DNA of 58,297 nt from Roseivirga sp. (GTDB lineage Bacteria > Bacteroidota > Bacteroidia > Cytophagales > Cyclobacteriaceae), in the NCBI GenBank assembly GCA_965659985.1, contig CBFHYE010000147.1:1-58297 (forward strand), given 5' to 3'. Within the stretch, counting starts at the first letter, position 1. The number at the start of each line of letters is the position of its first letter. The notes beneath the pieces are model-generated. The model searched no databases, had not been told where the DNA came from, and worked only from the letters and a program-made list of their open reading frames with translations. Positions 10,247 through 21,835 of this stretch are shown piece by piece. Both the position numbers and the translations under genes were made by a program.

Positions 10247-11519
10247 CTTCTTTGATTGATGCGAATAAAAAACCACTGACGACCTTAGGATAAAAGAAGG
10301 TCGATTTTTGCGGAAGCGTATATCCTGATCGACAGACTTTTTGGACAGTGTCCATGTCTATCTCTTTTGTGATCAACGCACACTGGGCTTCTCCTTTAAT
10401 GGTTTTTTTTACACACAATGTGAAATTGCGTTCGAAACTAATGTTAGGTGATCTTCTTTGCTCTTTACCCGGAATTCCTAAACACTTTTCAATAACAAAG
10501 TAGTGCATGACGGTAAGATCAAGATCCTTGAGCAAAGGAGGGAAGTTCCAATCAAGCTGCTCATGAACTTCGGGTTTCAGCCTTATTTTGTAGACTTCTT
10601 CTCCAAAAAGAAGTCCAAAAGCCCACTGCTTACCTAATATGATCTCCTGAATATCATAGGGGTCGTCAAGCTCCTTTATGATAAAATATTGGCTTAGCTT
10701 GGAAAGTAATTCTTCTTTGTCAAAACCTGCTAGTCCTTGAATCAATCGATGAGTGGGGAGAATACGCAAGTCTTGAGAAGCACCGTTGGTCAAGTACATT
10801 AAATGATAATTATAACCTTCTTTGCCACTATGCTCTTGATTCTGCTCTTTTCTCAGGTTACGATATTGGATTGAGCTTTCGAGGCGATGATGACCATCCG
10901 CAAGGATAACCTGTTGTGGACTGAGCTTTTTTATAAATTTCTTTATCACTTCATGGTCATGGATGATTGCCAAACTATCCACAACACCTTGATAGTCTTC
11001 GACCTCATAAACTGGAGATTTCATGGCTTCATCCATGTAGGCTTCCAATTCAAACTCTTGATCCCGATAAAGTCCATGGGTTGGGCTGACATTGAATTCC
11101 GTAGCATCAAGAACAGCAACTCTACCATCTACCGAGTGCGGAATGGTGTTTTCGTGTCTAAGTATATCAGAATCAGTTTTGCCCCAGTCTTCAGCCTTAA
11201 TCATACAGATAAAGCCTTTCCGAGTGAGTTGTTGCGTGTTGCCAGGTAAAGTAAACTTCTGATAATAGACATATATGCCAGGTAATTCATCTTGAAGGAT
11301 AACCCCGTCTTTTTTCCAGCGCTCAATCGTACTTTTTGCATCTGAAGGCGCTTCTTGTGGTTTTGGCACACTTAAATGGATACTATTTAGTGCAATATTA
11401 TAAAGCGCCTCGCTCTGTTGATCGTTGATGACGTCAAACAAGGGTGAGGTTAATTCTTGAATATTGTGGGTTAGGTCTTGATTATACCTCCATGCACGGA
11501 AAGGCAATATTTCGGCCAT
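10212..11519 (-). CDS. DUF1015 family protein
   Basis: MAEILPFRAWRY, HENT, ADGHHR and PQKSTFFYPK motifs. Confidence 0.9.
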   Translation of the reverse strand: MAEILPFRAWRYNQDLTHNIQELTSPLFDVINDQQSEALYNIALNSIHLSVPKPQEAPSDAKSTIERWKKDGVILQDELPGIYVYYQKFTLPGNTQQLTRKGFICMIKAEDWGKTDSDILRHENTIPHSVDGRVAVLDATEFNVSPTHGLYRDQEFELEAYMDEAMKSPVYEVEDYQGVVDSLAIIHDHEVIKKFIKKLSPQQVILADGHHRLESSIQYRNLRKEQNQEHSGKEGYNYHLMYLTNGASQDLRILPTHRLIQGLAGFDKEELLSKLSQYFIIKELDDPYDIQEIILGKQWAFGLLFGEEVYKIRLKPEVHEQLDWNFPPLLKDLDLTVMHYFVIEKCLGIPGKEQRRSPNISFERNFTLCVKKTIKGEAQCALITKEIDMDTVQKVCRSGYTLPQKSTFFYPKVVSGFLFASIKEDEFSLPFDPSF

Positions 11520-13013
11520 CTAAATAAGTCTTTTTATCCAATCTGAGGATTGATGGTTTTGAGCTGCTTGCTGAGCTGATCGGTCCTCTTCGCCTGCTAG
11601 ATGTGCAGCCAATGCAATGGCAAGCGCTTCGTTCTCTTCTGAAAAGACATTAAGCTTTTCGGGAGAAAAGTATTTCTCAACAAATTTGGTATCGAAATCT
11701 CCGGAAATGAAGGCTTCATGTTCCAATGCGAATTTGCAGAAGTCTAAAGTAGTATTAAGACCAGTAATCTTATAGTCATCAATTGCTTTAAGCATTCTTT
11801 GGCGCGCTTCTTCTCTATCCTTACCATGAGTTACCAATTTGGCGATCATAGGGTCGTAATAGATTGGAATTTCCATTCCTTCCTCAAAACCATCATCAAC
11901 CCTAACGCCTTCGCCAGTCGGGATTTTGTAAGTGTTTAATCTACCCGTATCAGGAAGGAAGTTTTCTCTTGGGTTCTCTGCATAGACCCGAACCTCAAAA
12001 GCATGGCCGTTGATCTTCAAATCTTCTTGAGAGAAAGAAAGGTTATGTCCTTCTGCAACTCTAATTTGTTCTTCTACTAAGTCTATTCCAGTAATTTCTT
12101 CCGTAACAGGGTGTTCGACTTGCAGTCTTGTGTTCATTTCCAGGAAGAAAAAATTGAGTTCGTTATCAACAATAAATTCAACGGTTCCTGCTCCATAGTA
12201 ACCACAAGATTTAGCCACTCCAATAGCCGCTTCACCCATAGCCTTTCGCACTTCTGGAGTTAAGATTGCAGAAGGAGCTTCCTCAATTACTTTCTGATGT
12301 CTTCTTTGAATAGAGCATTCTCTCTCAAATAGATAAACAACATTGCCCTGTTGATCTCCAATCACTTGGATTTCGACATGACGAGGAGATGTGATGAATT
12401 TTTCAACGAAAACAGCTGGATTACCAAAAGCAGAGGCAGCTTCACTCATGGCGCGAGCCATTTGTTGTTCAAGTTCATCTTCTCTTTCTACGATACGCAT
12501 CCCTTTTCCACCACCACCGGCACTGGCTTTGATCAAGACAGGATATCCAATAGATGCTGCTATTTTTTTGGCTTCTTCTGCCTCTTCAACCGCATGGTCA
12601 ACACCTGGGACCATGGGGACATCATATTTTGCAACGGTATTCTTTGCAGAGAGTTTGTCGCCCATGACCTCGATGGCATGAGCCGATGGGCCAATGAAAA
12701 TCAGTCCATTCTCTTCAACTTTTTTAGCAAAAGCAGCATTTTCAGAAAGGAAACCATAACCTGGATGTATAGCGTCTACATTTTTGTCGAGACAAATCCT
12801 GATGATTTTGTCCATATCAAGGTAGGATTGGGCAGAAGGAGGTGGGCCTACATTGACTGCTTCATCTGCTAACATTACATGTGGAGAGCCACTATCGGCA
12901 TCACTATAAATAGCAACGGTGCTGATTCCTAGTTTCTTAGCACTTCTAATTACACGAACGGCTATTTCTCCGCGATTGGCTATTAAGATCTTATGAATTT
13001 CCTTAATTTCCAT
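11520..13013 (-). CDS. accC: Biotin carboxylase subunit (acetyl/propionyl-CoA carboxylase)
   Basis: LIANRGEIA, HPGYGFLSEN, GGGGKGMR, ERECSIQRRHQK and EMNTRLQVEH motifs. Confidence 0.9.
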   Translation of the reverse strand: MEIKEIHKILIANRGEIAVRVIRSAKKLGISTVAIYSDADSGSPHVMLADEAVNVGPPPSAQSYLDMDKIIRICLDKNVDAIHPGYGFLSENAAFAKKVEENGLIFIGPSAHAIEVMGDKLSAKNTVAKYDVPMVPGVDHAVEEAEEAKKIAASIGYPVLIKASAGGGGKGMRIVEREDELEQQMARAMSEAASAFGNPAVFVEKFITSPRHVEIQVIGDQQGNVVYLFERECSIQRRHQKVIEEAPSAILTPEVRKAMGEAAIGVAKSCGYYGAGTVEFIVDNELNFFFLEMNTRLQVEHPVTEEITGIDLVEEQIRVAEGHNLSFSQEDLKINGHAFEVRVYAENPRENFLPDTGRLNTYKIPTGEGVRVDDGFEEGMEIPIYYDPMIAKLVTHGKDREEARQRMLKAIDDYKITGLNTTLDFCKFALEHEAFISGDFDTKFVEKYFSPEKLNVFSEENEALAIALAAHLAGEEDRSAQQAAQNHQSSDWIKRLI

Positions 13014-13092
13014 AGGTTGGTTTCTAATGCAATGCTAGTTAATTAAATTGAAATTGTTAAGAAAGTGAAGGCCTTATAACTACCATGCTATT

Positions 13093-13124
13093 TTTGATAA
13101 ATGGCAATTATAATATTACCTTTG
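13093..13124 (+). promoter_or_regulatory. Bacteroidota primary-sigma promoter (-33/-7)
   Basis: TTTG (13093-13096), a 20-nt spacer, then TACCTTTG (13117-13124) upstream of the 13169 CDS. Confidence 0.7.
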
Positions 13125-13168
13125 CCACTTCATTTCTAGGATTATATATACGTTAAATTGATAAGCAA

Positions 13169-14419
13169 TTGGATCTATTTGAAAAGTTATTGACGAATCA
13201 AGGGCCTTTAGGTAAGCACTCAGACGTTTCTGAAGGTTACTTTATGTTCCCTAAGTTGGAAGGAGAGATTGCACCAAGAATGACCTTTATGGGTAAAGAG
13301 GTGCTTACGTGGAGTTTGAATAACTACTTGGGATTAGGAAATCACCCAGAAGTAAGAGAAGCAGATGCCAAGGCCGCTGCAGACTGGGGACTTGCTTATC
13401 CAATGGGTGCTCGTATGATGTCGGGTAATACAAAATACCACGAGCAATTGGAGCAAGAGCTTGCCCATTTCGTAGGTAAGGAATCTGGTTATCTATTGAA
13501 TTATGGCTATCAAGGTATTCTGTCCATTATAGATGCAGTAGTAGATAGAAAGGATGTAATTGTTTATGATGCGGAATCTCATGCCTGTATCATTGATGGT
13601 GTTCGATTGCATATGGGGAAAAGATTTGTTTTTCCACATAATGACATTGAAAACCTAGAAAAGCAACTAGAAAGAGCTACCAAAATCACCAACGAAACTG
13701 GAGGAGGGATTCTAGTGATCACTGAAGGTGTATTTGGTATGACTGGAAATTTGGGAGACCTGCCTTCGATTGTTAAGCTTAAAGAGAAGTTTAACTTCAG
13801 ACTTTTGGTTGATGATGCTCATGGTTTCGGTACTATGGGGGCATCAGGAGCAGGATCTGGTGAAGAACTAGGTTGCCAAGATGATATAGATATCTACTTC
13901 TCTACTTTTGCCAAATCTATGGCAGCCATTGGTGCTTTTGTTGCTGGTGACGCTGCTATAATTAAGTTCTTGAAGTACAATATGAGGTCTCAGATTTTTG
14001 CAAAGTCATTGCCAATGCCATTTGTAATGGGTGGATTGAAAAGGCTCTCCATGTTGAGAGATCAACCTGAGCATAAAGCAAAATTATGGACAATCGTAAA
14101 TGCTTTGCAGAACGGATTAAAAGAAAAAGGCTTTAGCATTGGCACAACGCAATCATGTGTAACACCAGTTGTTCTTAACGGAACGGTAGGTGAGGCAGCT
14201 GCTTTGAGCAAAGACCTCAGAGAAAACTTTAGCATATTTTGTTCTGTCGTTATTTATCCGGTTGTTCCTAAAGGAATGATTATTCTGCGTTTGATCCCAA
14301 CAGCTTCACATTCTTTGGAAGATGTAGAAGAAACCATTCAGGCGTTTGAAGCGATAAAAGGTAAGTTGGCCTCTGGCGAGTATAGAAAAGAAGAGGTGGC
14401 AATTGCTTTTGGTGAGTAA
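13169..14419 (+). CDS. Alpha-oxoamine synthase family PLP enzyme, probable cysteate acyl-ACP transferase (sulfonolipid synthesis, SulA/CapB-type)
   Basis: FPKLEGEI, WSLNNYLGL, PMGARMMSG, HACIIDGVRLH, VDDAHGFG and STFAKS (PLP Lys). TTG start. Confidence 0.75.
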   Translation: MDLFEKLLTNQGPLGKHSDVSEGYFMFPKLEGEIAPRMTFMGKEVLTWSLNNYLGLGNHPEVREADAKAAADWGLAYPMGARMMSGNTKYHEQLEQELAHFVGKESGYLLNYGYQGILSIIDAVVDRKDVIVYDAESHACIIDGVRLHMGKRFVFPHNDIENLEKQLERATKITNETGGGILVITEGVFGMTGNLGDLPSIVKLKEKFNFRLLVDDAHGFGTMGASGAGSGEELGCQDDIDIYFSTFAKSMAAIGAFVAGDAAIIKFLKYNMRSQIFAKSLPMPFVMGGLKRLSMLRDQPEHKAKLWTIVNALQNGLKEKGFSIGTTQSCVTPVVLNGTVGEAAALSKDLRENFSIFCSVVIYPVVPKGMIILRLIPTASHSLEDVEETIQAFEAIKGKLASGEYRKEEVAIAFGE

Positions 14420-14518
14420 AAAAATCCAAAAAAAGTGCGCTTACTGTTGATTAGTCAGCATTTTGATTTATCTTGCTTTCATTAAGTACATTTATCAACA
14501 ACCTTAAAAATCATTAAT

Positions 14519-14692
14519 ATGAGTCAATTTGAAAAAGTAAAAAGCTTGGTAGATTCTTTGGAAGGCGACTTCGAAAAATTCTACGACAAAGGGAATCAAG
14601 CTGCCGGTACTAGAGTGAGAAAAGGAATGCAAGAGTTGAAGAACCTAGCACAGGAAATTAGAGTTGATGTTCAGAATATCAAGAACAACTAA
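14519..14692 (+). CDS. Small histone H1-like (Hc1-like) protein, 57 aa
   Basis: Not in the ORF track. Translates as MSQFEKVKSLVDSLEGDFEKFYDKGNQAAGTRVRKGMQELKNLAQEIRVDVQNIKNN, with the GNxAAGTRVRK signature, and is followed by a terminator. Confidence 0.88.
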   Translation: MSQFEKVKSLVDSLEGDFEKFYDKGNQAAGTRVRKGMQELKNLAQEIRVDVQNIKNN

Positions 14693-14710
14693 GAAATACT
14701 CAAAAGATAA

Positions 14711-14743
14711 AAGAGGCCAGTCTAAATAGACTGGCTTTTTTTA
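14711..14743. terminator. Bidirectional intrinsic terminator
   Basis: GCCAGTCTA/TAGACTGGC inverted repeat followed by a T-tract. Confidence 0.85.
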
Positions 14744-14754
14744 TGTCCTTACCT

Positions 14755-15615
14755 TTAAAGAAGTTCCGAAATTCTGCTTTGCAGCTCGCTGCTCGCTTTC
14801 AATAAAGGCAACCTTACGTGATTACCACAGACTCCCTTAAGTGATAGAACTGTTTTTACACCAACCGGATTACTCTCTTCATACATTAAAGGATTGATTT
14901 CATTAAATGAGGCCATTTCTTTTCGGCTTTCTTCGAAGTTACCAGCCAAAGCTAAGTTGATCACGTTACTAAATTCTTCTGGAAAACCATTGGCCAATAC
15001 AGAAATCACACCTTTGCCACCAATTTCAATAATATCAGTCGTTAATGGGTCTTCTCCACTGATCAGGAGAAAGTCATCTTCTTTTTTTGCCGCAATTGTT
15101 TTACACTGTTCAATATTGCCCGAGGCTTCTTTGATGCCAATAATGTTGGGATGCTTTGACAATGCCAAGGTTGCATCAGCGGACATATTAGAAGCCGTTC
15201 TTCCTGGTACATTATAAAGAATGATGGGTTTGGTGGAAACATCAGCAATGGCAGTGAAGTGGGCAACAATACCGGCCTGACTTGGCTTATTATAATATGG
15301 ACTTGCCGATAGGATAGCGTCTACCCCATCCAAATCAGTATTTTTGATTTCATTTATGACAGCGGCAGTATTGTTACCTCCTATACCATAAACAATGGGT
15401 AATCCTTTTTCATTGTTCTTTTTACAGAAATCCAATACTTCTTTTTTCTCGGAGGGGCTACATGTTGCACTTTCTCCAGTAGTACCCATGACCACAAAAT
15501 AGTCTACGTGTTCACCTGTAAAGACGAGGAGTTTTTTTAAGCCTTCAAAATCAATGCTTCCTTTAGGGTCAAATGGAGTTACCAAGGCAACTCCTGTTCC
15601 TGTTAAATTATTCAT
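14755..15615 (-). CDS. dapA: 4-hydroxy-tetrahydrodipicolinate synthase
   Basis: ALVTPF, GTTGES, PYYNKP, LYNVPGRT and GIKEASG motifs. Confidence 0.96.
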   Translation of the reverse strand: MNNLTGTGVALVTPFDPKGSIDFEGLKKLLVFTGEHVDYFVVMGTTGESATCSPSEKKEVLDFCKKNNEKGLPIVYGIGGNNTAAVINEIKNTDLDGVDAILSASPYYNKPSQAGIVAHFTAIADVSTKPIILYNVPGRTASNMSADATLALSKHPNIIGIKEASGNIEQCKTIAAKKEDDFLLISGEDPLTTDIIEIGGKGVISVLANGFPEEFSNVINLALAGNFEESRKEMASFNEINPLMYEESNPVGVKTVLSLKGVCGNHVRLPLLKASSELQSRISELL

Positions 15616-16128
15616 GTTTAATGACTTTGATGTATTTAATGATCTGTTCTATAAGGTTGTCTATTCCTGCACTTTCGTTCATATGCATAAGCAGTTCAAA
15701 ATAGGATAGGGCCTGCTCGCTGTGATTACCAATTCTATAGTAGGCTTTTGAGTTTGCCATAACAAAACTGCTTACTTCTGATAATTCAAAATCTAGTAAG
15801 ATCAAATAATCGAAAGATTCGGCTAAGAATGAATCTAACTCTGGGGATTTTATTTTTCCGAATCCACTAATGTGCTCCAAGCCAATAAGAGGATGAAGAC
15901 AATTCACTTCTTCTTTTTCAGGGTTAAAGCAAAAAATACTTACTTCTTTCCCCTCATTGATCAATTGCTCTTTGAACTGCTCAATCGAATCCATTTTGGA
16001 TATATTGTCCCATGTGTAGAAGAGCCCGATTTGTTTTGCATTGTCATAATCGAGCTTTTTGACCGCTGGTCTTTTAACCTTACCTGATCGAGCACGAAGG
16101 TTGAGTATCTTTTTTGCTATGAATGACA

Positions 16129-16129
<1 letters not shown>
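15608..16129 (-). CDS. Conserved hypothetical protein (DUF6913-like)
   Basis: 173-aa ORF overlapping both ligA and dapA, in the position this family usually occupies in Bacteroidota. Confidence 0.7.
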
Positions 16130-18365
<2,236 letters not shown>

Positions 18366-18373
<8 letters not shown>

Positions 18374-19595
18374 TGTTTTTTATCACCGTACTTTTCAACG
18401 AGATGCCATCACCAAAGGTGACTAATTCGTCATTTAAATTTACATCTTGTTTGTGTATGCTTTTGCCATTCTTCAAGGTAATTGTGTAGCCTTTTTTAAA
18501 TATTGTGGCGGGGTCATTCAAACGAAGAATGCTATCGAATGTCTTGAGCTCAGATTGCATGGCCAATATCCTTTGTTGGGTTCTGTTCTTTAATTTCGTA
18601 CTGAGAAACGCAAGTTGATCATCCGCTTTGTTAAACTGATGAGTCAATTCACTTTTCAATCTTAGTTCAAAACGTTCAAGTAGGTTCAAATGATTTTGAA
18701 CCCCATTTTCAAAACCTCTTTTTAGGCGCATTAAGGCATCATGCAAATGGTCATCATAGCGGTATATGCCTTCAATAAGAAATTCAGCAACTGCTGTGGG
18801 CGTTTTGAGTGAGGTATGTGCCACCATATCAGCAATGGTTTGATCGCGCTGGTGACCGATACCTGTAAGGATAGGCAGCATTGATTCGCTAAGACGAAGG
18901 CATAATTCTTCATTATCAAAGCAATCGAGATCTGTTTGCGCACCGCCACCTCTAATCAAGACTATGACATCAAATTGATTTTCTGAAGCTATGCGATCTA
19001 AAGCATCTATAATTGATGATGGAGCCTGATCTCCTTGCATGAGGGCATTAAATAGAGAAACATTAAAGTCTATTCCTCTTGGGTTGCTTTGCAATTGTTC
19101 AACAAAGTCTTGATAGCCTGCTGCAGACGCTGAACTGATAACCGCGATACGCTGTGGGACCAAAGGAAGTTCTAGGTTGGCATTTTTATCAAAAGCGCCA
19201 ACTTCGGATAGTTTCTTGATCGTTTCTTCTCTTTGTCGGCTTCTTTCCCCCAAGGTAAAGTTGGGGTCAATATCATTTACATTTAAACTAAGTCCATATA
19301 CTTCATGAAAGTTGACACTTATATTGAGTAAAACCTTCTGCCCAGGGGATAGAGGAGAGCCAGTGGCTACTTGAAAGGTATTACTGATACTCTTGTATTG
19401 GTAGGCCCAGATATTCGCCTTCATTTTGGCCTGAATGAAATGGCCTTCTTTTTCTACCAATTCCATATAGCAATGACCCTTTTGGTTCATTCTCATCTCC
19501 CCAATTTCTGCGATCACCCATTGTTGAGGCATGACCTGGTCTTTGAGAACTTGCTTGATTTGTTGGTTAAACTGGAAAAGCGTCTGATGAGCCAT
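18366..19595 (-). CDS. xseA: Exodeoxyribonuclease VII large subunit
   Basis: GHCYMEL OB-fold, RGGG, TGIGH and TPTAVAE motifs. Likely start MAHQTL. Confidence 0.94.
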
Positions 19596-19636
19596 GACGC
19601 AAATTAGTTCACCCAATTGAAGTGACAAATTAGGAT

Positions 19637-19666
19637 AAAAAAAATCCTGCCCAAGCAGGTTCTTTT
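19637..19666 (-). terminator. Putative intrinsic terminator of the ECF operon
   Basis: CCTGC-CCAA-GCAGG hairpin with flanking A/T tracts. Confidence 0.6.
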
Positions 19667-20155
19667 TTAGTTTCCGTTTCCAGAATTTTTTCTTCTAGAG
19701 CGATTTTCTTCTGAATATCTTCGCATCAGAAATCGTCTAAATTCAGAGTCGAACTGACTTACTGTTAACGTTTGTTTGGGAGATAAGACCTTGGAAATCA
19801 TATCTATGTAGTTTTTCTCAAGTTTGAGCTCCTCTGCTTTCTTTTGATAAATTAATCCTAATAGTTTTTCCGCCTGATCATCTGTGAGGTTTTCTCGATC
19901 TCTCCAGGGATTGTCGATACCAGCTGCTTTCATGGCATCACCATACTTCTTATTCAGTTGATCCTTGGCAGTTTCAAACTCATTGTAAATAGGCCAAAAG
20001 GATTGTGCAGTTTCAGTAGTAAGGTCAAGCCTTTCCGTTAAGAAGGCAACCTTGGCTGCATTAATACTTTCCCTATTCATTCGACCCTCTCTGTCTCCCT
20101 GCGCAAGAGCATTCAAAGAGAAGATGGAAATCGCTATGATGATTAAATTTTTCAT
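19667..20155 (-). CDS. Periplasmic Spy/CpxP-like helical protein associated with the ECF sigma factor
   Basis: Signal peptide (MKNLIIIA...ALAQ), KVAFLTERLDLT...FWPIYNE and LSPKQ motifs. Confidence 0.75.
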   Translation of the reverse strand: MKNLIIIAISIFSLNALAQGDREGRMNRESINAAKVAFLTERLDLTTETAQSFWPIYNEFETAKDQLNKKYGDAMKAAGIDNPWRDRENLTDDQAEKLLGLIYQKKAEELKLEKNYIDMISKVLSPKQTLTVSQFDSEFRRFLMRRYSEENRSRRKNSGNGN

Positions 20156-20156
20156 A

Positions 20157-20669
20157 TCAATAATTTTCAGCGTAAAACCCTTCATTTTCGAAGTCAATTA
20201 AGTCTTCATACTTATAAGCTAAATCGGCCATTAGATTATCCATTACGGACTGCATTACATCTTCGTCAATAAGAATTTCATCCATGATACCTTCTTCATC
20301 AGCTACATAATCTATAAGTACCTCTTCTGAAATGTTAGCTAGAAGATCTTCAGGTTCTTTGGTAAATGAGTTATTAAATACAGCCCAAGTGCTAATTGCA
20401 AGTAATACAACTGCCGCAGCATATTTAATCCAGTGATTTGGGAAAATAGAAACCACTTTAACAGGTTTTTCTATCTTACTTTCAATTGAATTGGTAAGGT
20501 CTTCGAAGTAACCCTCGGGCGTTAGAAACGGTAACTCTTTCAACTTACTGTTTTGAAAAAGTATCGACTCTTCTTCCATGATCCGATCCATGACCTTATC
20601 AGTTAATCCATCAAAGTAAGCTTTATCAGCCTTCTCCTTGCTTTGATTTAACTTAATATGTTTTCCCAT
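20157..20669 (-). CDS. Putative anti-sigma factor
   Basis: Repeated (P)xxYFxxL motifs and a single TM helix (YAAAVVLL), immediately downstream of the ECF sigma gene. Confidence 0.75.
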   Translation of the reverse strand: MGKHIKLNQSKEKADKAYFDGLTDKVMDRIMEEESILFQNSKLKELPFLTPEGYFEDLTNSIESKIEKPVKVVSIFPNHWIKYAAAVVLLAISTWAVFNNSFTKEPEDLLANISEEVLIDYVADEEGIMDEILIDEDVMQSVMDNLMADLAYKYEDLIDFENEGFYAENY

Positions 20670-20687
20670 TTTAGTCACTGTATCTTT

Positions 20688-20712
20688 GATGTTTTAAGGT
20701 GCCAAAGGTTTA
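20688..20712 (-). promoter_or_regulatory. Putative ECF-type promoter (internal copy)
   Basis: Minus strand TAAACCTT-N13-CATC, the same layout as the copy at 21273-21297. Confidence 0.6.
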
Positions 20713-21249
20713 AGTTCCAGTTAAATACGATTCGATTTTTTTTACAGCTAGATGATAACTCGCTTTTAATCCCCCAACACTCGTACCCGTGATCTCTGAG
20801 ATCTCATCATATTTCAAGTCATCGAAATACTTCATGTTAAAGACCAGTCGCTGTTTTTCTGGCAACTGGAGCAGTGCTTTCTGTAATTTCAGTTGAATCT
20901 CTTCACCGCTGATCAAATGTCCCTCATCGATCGTGTGCTCTAATTCTTGATACACATCGTCAATTGAATCTGTTTGTCGTTTTTGCCTTTTCTTCAAAAG
21001 ATTCAGGGCTTCATTGGTGGTGATGCGATAAATCCAGGTATATAATTGAGAAGCTTCACGAAAATTATCTAATGCCTTATAGATCTTGATAAATGATTCT
21101 TGAGTCACGTCATCAGCATCGTCATGGTCAACGACAATTTTACGTGCATGCCAATAGACACGTTCTTTGTACTTGTCTACAAGTTCACGAAATGCTTCAT
21201 GCCGACTTTCATCCAGCTTGAATTTCTTAAGGATCAAATGATCTTCCAA
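20710..21249 (-). CDS. ECF-type RNA polymerase sigma-70 factor
   Basis: Region 2 (DADDVTQESFIK...YTWIYRI) and region 4 (LPEKQR...YDEISEITG). TTG start. Confidence 0.93.
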   Translation of the reverse strand: MEDHLILKKFKLDESRHEAFRELVDKYKERVYWHARKIVVDHDDADDVTQESFIKIYKALDNFREASQLYTWIYRITTNEALNLLKKRQKRQTDSIDDVYQELEHTIDEGHLISGEEIQLKLQKALLQLPEKQRLVFNMKYFDDLKYDEISEITGTSVGGLKASYHLAVKKIESYLTGT

Positions 21250-21272
21250 TAGAAATCAATTTATGGTTTTTA

Positions 21273-21297
21273 GATGAATGTGTTACGCGAAGGTTTA
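21273..21297 (-). promoter_or_regulatory. Putative autoregulatory ECF-type promoter
   Basis: Minus strand TAAACCTT-N13-CATC, about 23 nt upstream of the sigma start codon. Confidence 0.6.
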
Positions 21298-21370
21298 ATG
21301 TGTTTCTTCAATTTGCCTAAAAATGAACCACAAGTAAGTTTATTTGTTAAATTCGTATCATTTAAAGCAC

Positions 21371-21835
21371 ATGGGCTTAGAAGAAGATATTAAACAAGGC
21401 AAGAAGTTTGAAAACACCTACGAAAAGCTTTTGGTGAACATCATGTATACCAATAGTTGGTTGATGGAACAGCAAGCTTCTATTTTTAAACCGTTTGGTA
21501 TTACGGTTCCTCAATATAATGTACTTAGAATCTTACGAGGAGCACACCCCAATCCTTGTACAATCAACTCGTTGATTGAAAGAATGCTCGATAGAATGTC
21601 GAATGCCTCGCGTATTGTTGATCGCCTTGAAGCTAAAGGTTTAGTGGAGCGTAAAGTCTGTCCTTCTGATAGAAGAGCCAAAGACGTAGTGATTACAGAT
21701 GAAGGCTTAAAATTGCTAGAAACTGTTGATCATCAGATGAATGAGTGGTTAGATAAATTTAATGAACTTGACCTTAAGGTTGTAGAAAAAGCCAACGATG
21801 TGCTGGACACTATGAGGTCTTCTTCTGGAGCTTAA
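21371..21835 (+). CDS. MarR-family transcriptional regulator
   Basis: QYNVLRILRG, SRIVDRLEAKGLVER and DRR motifs. Likely start MGLEED. Confidence 0.92.
   Translation: MGLEEDIKQGKKFENTYEKLLVNIMYTNSWLMEQQASIFKPFGITVPQYNVLRILRGAHPNPCTINSLIERMLDRMSNASRIVDRLEAKGLVERKVCPSDRRAKDVVITDEGLKLLETVDHQMNEWLDKFNELDLKVVEKANDVLDTMRSSSGA

Noticed and set aside
14445-14460. TGTTGA-TTAG-TCAGCA small hairpin between the acyltransferase and the Hc1-like gene
   Set aside because: Only 6 bp including a G-U pair, and I found no second copy. It could be a weak terminator but is not supportable as a feature.
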